A stretch of DNA of 32,000 nt from NCBI RefSeq assembly GCF_000010625.1, contig NC_010296.1, positions 5,670,001 through 5,702,000 of the forward strand. Direction: 5' to 3'. The stretch comes from Microcystis aeruginosa NIES-843 (GTDB taxonomy: Bacteria; Cyanobacteriota; Cyanobacteriia; Cyanobacteriales; Microcystaceae). The translations under genes were made by a program, and so were the position numbers. Below the pieces are notes generated by a model. That model worked only from the letters and a program-made list of their open reading frames with translations, searched no databases and was not told the origin of the DNA. How positions within the stretch are numbered: position 1 is the first letter of the stretch; each line of letters opens with the position of its first letter. Below, piece after piece: positions 25,808-32,000 of this stretch.

Positions 25808-26512
25808 TCACTTCAATTTTTTCCTCGCTTCATATAACCATTGTTCTTCCTCTGTATTAATTATCCTCCCTTCGGCTAAATTAAGACATTTACGCCAATT
25901 TTCCTGAGATAATTTCTTATCTTCTTTTTCTAAAAGTTGAGCATAAATACAAAAAGCAGCACCGGGATTGCGGATAAATTTCTGATAAGCTGGATTTTCA
26001 GCGATACCAATAGCAACTAAAAGATTAGGAACTGCATCTTCACTGCGATTTTGCTTAAATCTGGCCCAGCCTAGATTTTTATAAATACTATATTTTTGTA
26101 CTGCTAAATTGCGTTTCTCATCTTCAGTAAATTGGTCTAGTTTTTCATCTTTTTCTGCTAATAATCTCTTAGCTTTTTCCAGTAACTCTACCGCTTCTGC
26201 ATTCTTATTATCTCGCAGATACCAATAAGCGAGATTATTATAAGCATCTATAAAACCACCTTTTGCCGCAATTAAATAGTGTTTCTTCCCATTAGTCAAA
26301 TCCTGTAACTCTTCGTAAAGTGTTGCCAACTTATAATGAGCATCTAGATTATCTGGATCTAACTCAATTGCTTTTAAATACTTCTCTTCGGCTGAAGCTA
26401 AATTAGGAAATTCTTGACTTGCTGGCGGAGGAGATTGTAAACGGCTTCCTGCTTGCTTATAAAACTCAGAAAACCAAGAGAAATTTAGATAAATTCCCAA
26501 GAGAAAAGCAAA
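25808..26512 (-). pseudogene. Distal (TPR-repeat) half of a TM-TPR gene split by the IS1380-like element
   Basis: It has TPR-like helices (AEEKYLKAIELDPDNLDAHYKLATLYEEL; AYNNLAYWYLRDNKNAEAVELLEKA). The frame joins 28501..29071 exactly once the IS and one CAAA copy are removed. Confidence 0.8.
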
Positions 26513-28500
26513 CCCGCATTTCTCACAAAAAGTACGATCACCAACCCCCGAAGCCTTACAAAATCTGGGTTTTGACTGGGTGATCGCCTTGTAGCAAAAA
26601 CGACAGTGTGTTGTTAGGATTCAACTTAAGCTCATCATCAATTAGACCTTGAAAAAAGAACAAATTTAAAATGCGTATTTTTAGGTTAATTAGTTGATAA
26701 AGTCTCAATTTTAAGTAGAGAATGAAGTCAAAAGCTTGCTATAATTTAATCATTAAAACTATTTAAAGTATGTCAAGTTTATGACTCCTAGTTCAGACCA
26801 GTCTCGACTCAATCAATTAAATTTTGGAAACCTCAATGGAAGACAAGTAATCGCTAATTTTGAGGGAGGAAAAATCACCTCAGATGCAGGAATTATTTTG
26901 ATGGCAGAGTTAGACCAAAAGCTAAAAATAACGGCTCGGTTTGCCGAATGTTTTCGAGATTATCGAAATTCATCCTATCTAGATTATTCAGTTCATGAAC
27001 TACTCGCACAAAGAGTTTATGGGATAGTTTTGGGATATGAGGATGTCAATGATCATGATAAATTACGTCATGCTCCAGCTTTAGCAATAGCATTGAAAAA
27101 ACTAAATTTTATTGACTCAGCCCAAGCAAATTTAGCGGGAAAAAGTACAATTAATCGACTAGAATATTGTCCGGAAACAGTCATCAATCAAGAGAACAGT
27201 CGTTACCATAAAATCGAGCCTAACCCCAAAGAAATTGAAAAAGCTTTTGTGGACATCTTTCTAGAATCCTACAAAAAGCCACCGAAACCAATTATTTTAG
27301 ACATGGATGTCACCGATGACCAAGTGCATGGAAATCAAGAGGGAGCGTTTTTCAATACTTATTATAAAGGAGTGTGTTATGCTCCTTTGTATATTTTCTG
27401 TGAGCATCATTTATTAGTAGCTAAACTCCGGTCTTCTCATGTAGATACTGCTGGGGGAGCATTAGAAGAATTGCAGCGAATAATCGGTATAATTCGAGAA
27501 AAATGGTCAGATACGCAGATATTAGTACGAGGAGATAGTGCCTATTCCCGTGAAGATATCATGAAATTTTGCGAAAGTCAAGCAGGAGTTGATTATGTTT
27601 TAGCAATGGCAACGAATAGTCAATTAAAATTACGAGCGACCGATGTAATTGAGAAAGCTAAGGCAGATTACGAGCAAAGACTTCAGCCAGTTACTGAATT
27701 AATGGAGACGTTATTTTCTCCCGATGAAGAGTTAGGAGAATTGGCGAAATTGGTACCAGAATCGACTTGGTATCGTTCCCTATGTTATCAAACCCAAAAA
27801 TCCTGGAGCCGTTCAAGAAGAGTGGTGACAAAAGTTTGTCCTGGTAGTGAGGGCGTAAAAATTCGCCACGTTGTGACTTCTTTACCTGCATCAAAGATTC
27901 CCCCATCTAAACTTTACACTGAAAAATATTGCCCCAGAGGTGAGAGGTCAAATCGAATTAAAGAGCAACAATTAGACTTATTTGCTGACCGGAATTCGAC
28001 ACAGACATTTGAGAGTAATCAATTAAGACTTTGGTTGTCATCAATGGCTTATGTTTTAATGCAAGCTTTTCGTCAAAATTGTTTGGCTAAAACTTCTTTT
28101 GCCAAAGCGACAGTGGGAACAATTCGCCTTAATTTCCTTAAATTAGGAGCTAGAATTACTGTTAGTGTCAGAAGAATTTTAATCGCAATTGCCAGTTCTT
28201 GTCCCTATCAAGATATTTTAGCGATAGCTTACTCTAGAATTCAAGCGATAGCGGGAACTGGATAAGTTGAAGAGTTTTCAAAGATCATTAAATAGTCTTA
28301 AAAATGGCTGCTTATAAATTCAGCTAACTTTGTCGTGAACATTTTCCCTAATTGACGGAATTTTTCCAGTAATTCAGGAATTTTTTGATTAGTTTAGTCA
28401 GATTATTCCTTGATAACTAAGCGGGTTTCTCTTATTTTTGAAAAACACCAACTTTTAACCTCCAAATTAGGTTCTTAATTCAGTTTGTGAGAAATGCGGG
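26513..28500 (+). mobile_element. IS1380-family insertion sequence, 1988 bp, with a 4-bp target duplication
   Basis: 17-bp perfect terminal inverted repeats are cccgcatttctcacaaa (26513-) and tttgtgagaaatgcggg (-28500). CAAA is present at 26509-26512 and 28501-28504. Confidence 0.9.
26781..28265 (+). CDS. IS1380-family transposase
   Basis: 494 aa. FEGGKITSDAGIILMAELDQKLKI...LLAQRVYGIVLGYEDVNDHDKLRHAP and IKEQQLDLFADRNSTQTFESNQLRLWLSSMAYVL are typical of IS1380 transposases. Confidence 0.85.
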   Translation: MTPSSDQSRLNQLNFGNLNGRQVIANFEGGKITSDAGIILMAELDQKLKITARFAECFRDYRNSSYLDYSVHELLAQRVYGIVLGYEDVNDHDKLRHAPALAIALKKLNFIDSAQANLAGKSTINRLEYCPETVINQENSRYHKIEPNPKEIEKAFVDIFLESYKKPPKPIILDMDVTDDQVHGNQEGAFFNTYYKGVCYAPLYIFCEHHLLVAKLRSSHVDTAGGALEELQRIIGIIREKWSDTQILVRGDSAYSREDIMKFCESQAGVDYVLAMATNSQLKLRATDVIEKAKADYEQRLQPVTELMETLFSPDEELGELAKLVPESTWYRSLCYQTQKSWSRSRRVVTKVCPGSEGVKIRHVVTSLPASKIPPSKLYTEKYCPRGERSNRIKEQQLDLFADRNSTQTFESNQLRLWLSSMAYVLMQAFRQNCLAKTSFAKATVGTIRLNFLKLGARITVSVRRILIAIASSCPYQDILAIAYSRIQAIAGTG

Positions 28501-29071
28501 CAAAGACTATTACTGTTACAGAAAACTGTATTTCTTCATACCAATGTTCAGCAATCCCAAGAAATTTCATTAACTTAACAAAACCCTTCTGGCGCGTCCG
28601 TGTGAGAGCATTTTCAGTTTGTAACAAAGAAATGAAAGTCGAAAAAATAACACCTCCTATTTCTAGCAAACCTGAACCACCACTAAGAAACCGAGTAGCA
28701 ATCGTTCCGATTAATGTAAAATTAACCCCTAATAAAACCAGTTTAACGATTCTCCATAGCCAATCAAAGCGATTGCAAGGATGCAAAGATTCCCTACTTT
28801 CTAAATGCCACCACCAAGCCTGAGCAGAAATAGGTAAAGTCTCCCGATATTCAGCTAAATCAAGAACTTGAGTAATTTTGTAACTCTTCTGTTTTAATCT
28901 ATTATCTTGTTCGATTAATTTTGACCACATATCAACCGAAATTTCCGCCTCAGCTTCCATTTGTTTATGAAGAGCATCTCTGGCGGCAATAATTTCTAAA
29001 GCCTCTGCTTTTTTCAGAGATTTATTATGAGAAGTATCTAAATAATTTAGAGCATTCTGGTAAGTAGTCAT
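28501..29071 (-). pseudogene. Proximal half (N-terminal helical region plus TM segments) of the IS-split TM-TPR gene
   Basis: MTTYQNALNYLDTSHNK... with LVLLGVNFTLIGTIATRFL and GGVIFSTFISLL. The last 9 codons of the track ORF (ARISHKLN*) are read from the IS end. Confidence 0.8.
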
Positions 29072-29107
29072 GCAAAATTAATTACCCAAATAAAAAATTA
29101 AGAAGTA

Positions 29108-30203
29108 TAATACATAAAAAAACGAAGCAGCAGGAAAATACAATGAGATTGATTAGAGACCTAAACCCCGAGAGCCAGAAAATGCTAGAGAGAATTTATC
29201 GAGCTAGTAAACATCATCAAGTAAGAGAGCGAGCGAAATGTATACTCTTAAGTTTTCAGGGAACCACGATAGAAGAATTGAGCGGAATATTTGGAGTTAC
29301 GAGAAAGACCATCTATAATTGGTTGACGGCCTGGGAAGATAGAAAACTAATTGGTTTTTATAATCGTCGAGGAAGAGGGAGAAAACCTAAATTGACAGAA
29401 GCCCAAGGTCAACAAGTTATTGACTGGGTAAAAGAAGAACCGAAAAGCTTAAAAAAAATCCAGATAAAAATTGTAGAAGAAGGGAAATTAACCGTAAGCA
29501 AAGACACGATAAAAAGACTCATAAAAAAAATCAACATGAGGTGGAAAAGGGTGAGAAGAGGGGTCGCCAAAACCCCTGATGAGTGGGAGCTTGAGGTCAA
29601 ACTACCTATTTTAGAAGAACTAAAAAAACAGGAAAAAAGAGGAGAGATTGAGATAGGATATTTGGATGAAATGGGAGGGGATTCAAAGCCTTGTATTCCT
29701 GACGCTTGGCAAGAAGAAAAAACCACGATAAAGTTACCACCAATTGAAGGTAAAAGACTAAATATTTTAGGAATAATGAAACGAGATAATCAATTATTTT
29801 ATGAGACACAGGTCGGAACGGTTACTAGCGAGATAGTTATTAATTTTCTGGATAAATATTGCCAAAATATACAGAAAAAAACTGTCATAATAATTGACCA
29901 AGCTTCCATTGATACCAGCGAGGCATTTATGGAGAAACTTGAGGAATGGGAAAAGAAAAACTTGAAAATATTTTGGTTGCCCACTTATTCACCTCATTTA
30001 AATTTAATTGAAATATTATGGAGATTTTTAAAATATGAATGGATTGAATTTAGCGCCTATAAAGACCGAAAGAGCCTCCTCGCTTACGTTAAAAAAGTGC
30101 TGGACAATTTTGGAGGCGAGTATGTAATTAATTTTGCCTAGGTACTTAACGCTCTAAAGCAACTTGAAAGGGTGTCGGCACAGGTGCAGGAGAATTCATA
30201 TTA
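29108..30203 (+). mobile_element. IS630-family insertion sequence (boundaries tentative)
   Basis: The transposase ORF is flanked by weak terminal repeats taatacat.../...catatta, each adjoining a TA. The size of about 1.1 kb fits IS630. Confidence 0.45.
29143..30141 (+). CDS. IS630-family (DDE_3) transposase
   Basis: 332 aa. The HTH is TRKTIYNWLTAWE. It also has GYLDEMGG, IIIDQASIDTS and WLPTYSPHLNLIEILWRFLKYEW. Confidence 0.85.
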   Translation: MRLIRDLNPESQKMLERIYRASKHHQVRERAKCILLSFQGTTIEELSGIFGVTRKTIYNWLTAWEDRKLIGFYNRRGRGRKPKLTEAQGQQVIDWVKEEPKSLKKIQIKIVEEGKLTVSKDTIKRLIKKINMRWKRVRRGVAKTPDEWELEVKLPILEELKKQEKRGEIEIGYLDEMGGDSKPCIPDAWQEEKTTIKLPPIEGKRLNILGIMKRDNQLFYETQVGTVTSEIVINFLDKYCQNIQKKTVIIIDQASIDTSEAFMEKLEEWEKKNLKIFWLPTYSPHLNLIEILWRFLKYEWIEFSAYKDRKSLLAYVKKVLDNFGGEYVINFA

Positions 30204-30331
30204 TACAATCCTAAAAGTTTAGTTTCTTTCACTGTTTGAGGGTAAAAAATACTCCAGCAAAACTGGCTGCTGATACTAAATCCTGTTTAAAAAGTATAGG
30301 AAAGTGGGAAGATGGGGCAAATAACCAAAGA

Positions 30332-30356
30332 AATTAGGAACCATAGGTCCCTAATT
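30332..30356 (-). terminator. Hairpin downstream of tRNA-Arg
   Basis: 7-bp stem aattagg/cctaatt. A T-rich run follows on the minus strand (tttctttgg). Confidence 0.4.
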
Positions 30357-30383
30357 CCTGTAGTATATGCCATTGTATGTAAC

Positions 30384-30456
30384 GGGCTTGGAGAGACTCG
30401 AACTCCCGACCTTGTGGTCCGTAGCCACACGCTCTAATCCACTAAGCTACAAGCCC
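30384..30456 (-). tRNA. tRNA-Arg (anticodon ACG)
   Basis: The reverse complement folds as a cloverleaf. The acceptor stem is GGGCTTG/CAAGCCC and the anticodon stem TGTGG/CCACA, with loop CTACGGA. The T arm is GGGAG-TTCGAGT-CTCTC. Length is 73 nt and no CCA is encoded. Confidence 0.95.
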
Positions 30457-30499
30457 TTGTTTTTCTCAACAGTAAACTACTATAGCACAGGTTCATTCA

Positions 30500-31000
30500 A
30501 TGACGCAAGAGGGTAAAGAAAAATTATCTCATCTCGACAGCCAAGGCGAGGCCCAGATGGTGGATGTATCGGAGAAAATGCTCACTAAACGCACTGCTAT
30601 CGCCCTAGGACAAGTGAGAATGCTAAAAACGACTTTTGAAGCCATAGAACAGGGAAATGCGCCTAAAGGTGACGTTTTAGGGACGGCCAGACTAGCGGGA
30701 ATTATGGCGGCCAAACAAACTTCCTCCTTAATTCCCCTTTGCCATCCCTTACCCCTGCAAAAAATCAATGTTCAGATTATCCCGAAAGCAGAGTTACCCG
30801 GCTACGAAATTCGGGCAGAAGTGGTGACAAAATCGGAAACTGGGGTAGAAATGGAGGCTTTAACTGCGGTATCTGTGGCAGCCTTGACTTTATACGATAT
30901 GGCTAAAGCGTTAGAAAAATCAATCCTGATTGAAAATATCCGTCTGCTGAGTAAAACAGGAGGAAAATCAGATTATCACAAGGATTACCTGTTGCGATGA
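30500..31000 (+). CDS. moaC: Cyclic pyranopterin monophosphate synthase
   Basis: 166 aa. [24 protein letters not shown]...IPLCHPLPL...[21 protein letters not shown] fits MoaC. Confidence 0.9.
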   Translation: MTQEGKEKLSHLDSQGEAQMVDVSEKMLTKRTAIALGQVRMLKTTFEAIEQGNAPKGDVLGTARLAGIMAAKQTSSLIPLCHPLPLQKINVQIIPKAELPGYEIRAEVVTKSETGVEMEALTAVSVAALTLYDMAKALEKSILIENIRLLSKTGGKSDYHKDYLLR

Positions 31001-31044
31001 AAACCCTAAGTAGGGTTTGCGGCAAAAAGTTTTTCCTGGTGGCA

Positions 31045-31090
31045 GGGTGTGGGGTGTGGGGTGTGGGGTGTGGGGTGTGGGGTGTGGGGT
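31045..31090. repeat. Third heptamer array, (GGGGTGT) x about 6.5
   Basis: Read directly. It has the same unit as 410-492 but different flanks. Confidence 0.9.
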
Positions 31091-31239
31091 TTTACCAATT
31101 TTCAGGGAGTCAATTACCTAAGTTTCGGGGAAAAAGTACCTGAATTTTCCCCCCAATCACTCTAATCGCTGGCACTTTTTGATTTCAAAAAAGCCTAAAG
31201 ATATTATCCAAGAAGGTTTTTAGATTTATTCAGCAAACC

Positions 31240-32000
31240 CTAAGTAACCCCTTCTAATTTTTCATCGGTCAATTGATATAATTCCTGTAATTTCTCTAAT
31301 TTGTCGGGGTCTGCTTGCCAAAAACCGCGACCCTGTGCTTCTAACATTCTACCGACAATATTACGGAAAGCTTCGGGATTAGCTTGACGCAATTTTTCCG
31401 CCATTTCTGCATCAAAAGCGTAGGTATCGGCTGCCTGATCATACACCCAATCGTCACTAAAATTAGCCGTACCGCCCCAACCAATTAAAGCGGTCATTCT
31501 TTGGGAGATTTCGTAGGCCCCACCGGAACCTTGATTAACCATGGCATTGGCCCATTTAGGATTGAGTAATTTACTGCGGTATTCTAAGCGCAAAACCTCC
31601 TCTAATTTGCGGGGAGTTGTATCATTGGAAAAACTCTCGACAAAACTTGTCATTACCCGTTTACCGCTTTGTTTTTCTGCGGCTAATTTTAATCCTCCCG
31701 TGTTGCCGTAGTATTCCTGAATATCGGTTAAACCGTATTCTACCGAGTCAATTTCTTGGATAATACTTTCACTGGTTTTTAATAACTGTTGTAGCACTTC
31801 TGGCCGCGCTTGTCCCTTATCTTGACGACCATAACTAAAAACATTACGCTTTTCCCAAGTTTTCGCTAATTCGTTGTCATTGTCCCAATTTCCCTCCACT
31901 ACTTGGTCATTAACTAAAGAGCCAAAATCCCCGGCAGGATTGGAAAATAAACGAGCGCTCGCATTGTCAATTCCTTGACTTTTTAAGGCTAAATAGTGCT
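31240..32000 (-). CDS. CobN/ChlH-family chelatase large subunit, C-terminal part (5' end beyond the window)
   Basis: The frame stays open upstream of the track GTG to the window edge (HYLALKSQGIDNASARLFSNPAGDFGSLVNDQV-VEGNWDND...). IDSVEYGLTDIQEYY and LLNPKW motifs are present, and it ends ...DEKLEGVT*. Confidence 0.75.
   Translation of the reverse strand, partial: HYLALKSQGIDNASARLFSNPAGDFGSLVNDQVVEGNWDNDNELAKTWEKRNVFSYGRQDKGQARPEVLQQLLKTSESIIQEIDSVEYGLTDIQEYYGNTGGLKLAAEKQSGKRVMTSFVESFSNDTTPRKLEEVLRLEYRSKLLNPKWANAMVNQGSGGAYEISQRMTALIGWGGTANFSDDWVYDQAADTYAFDAEMAEKLRQANPEAFRNIVGRMLEAQGRGFWQADPDKLEKLQELYQLTDEKLEGVT

Noticed and set aside
26513-26620. An apparent double CxxC zinc-ribbon (HCRFCYK...FCEKCG) extending the TPR ORF upstream on the minus strand
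   Set aside because: The sequence is the left end of the IS1380-like element. tgtgagaaatgcggg is its terminal inverted repeat and recurs at 28486-28500. The true upstream continuation of the TPR gene is at 28501-29071.
28494-28823. 109-aa plus-strand ORF
   Set aside because: It is antisense to the better-supported membrane-protein gene, and it starts inside the IS1380 terminal repeat.
29105-30206. Alternative IS630 boundaries at gtataata/tattatac
   Set aside because: This 8-bp inverted match lacks flanking TA. The boundaries 29108..30203, with TA on both sides, fit IS630 biology slightly better. Neither option is secure.
31001-31018. Palindrome aaacccta-ag-tagggttt right after moaC as a terminator
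   Set aside because: No T tract follows on either strand, so it is more likely a small REP-like palindrome. There is not enough evidence to annotate it.

Overview
This is a cyanobacterial chromosome segment, probably Microcystis-like. That assignment is an inference from several HIP1 GCGATCGC octamers, STRR-like heptamer arrays, a MAE-type HEPN gene and a heavy IS load. All family names come from motif recall; no searches were run.

Housekeeping genes are hisG (partial), a HAD hydrolase, deoC, acnB, ppk2, ureC, tRNA-Arg(ACG), moaC and a partial CobN/ChlH-family chelatase. They are interleaved with two AT-rich accessory stretches, at about 5.0-9.0 kb and 11.9-30.3 kb.

The accessory DNA looks like a decaying conflict/toxin-antitoxin island. 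It carries:
- BrnTA
- a HEPN protein with a Zn-ribbon tail
- two xisHI modules
- a TumE-like gene
- a DUF433/DUF5615 pair
- a HigBA-like pair
- a duplicated antitoxin plus PIN toxin
- a TIR-AAA ATPase
- an AAA/coiled-coil/TM ATPase

Mobile DNA has hit this island repeatedly: four IS elements (IS1634-, IS5/Harbinger-, IS1380- and IS630-like), a 91-bp TA-targeting MITE, and two relics of an IscB/RRXRR-like element.

Three events can be reconstructed at nucleotide level:
- The MITE sits in codon 8 of xisH.
- The IS1380-like element, with a CAAA duplication, splits a TM-TPR gene.
- A 100-bp duplicate of the acnB 3' end brackets a 1.56-kb insert.

Three toxin-side genes carry single in-frame stop codons.

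The best candidates for unexplored biology are:
- the same-strand block of TIR-AAA ATPase, xisHI and AAA-coiled-coil-TM ATPase (16.4-21.6 kb)
- the 2TM/GAF-like three-ORF insert behind acnB
- the HEPN-triple-CxxC protein
- the orphan structured RNA-like relics of the IscB-like element

No CRISPR array and no rRNA are present.
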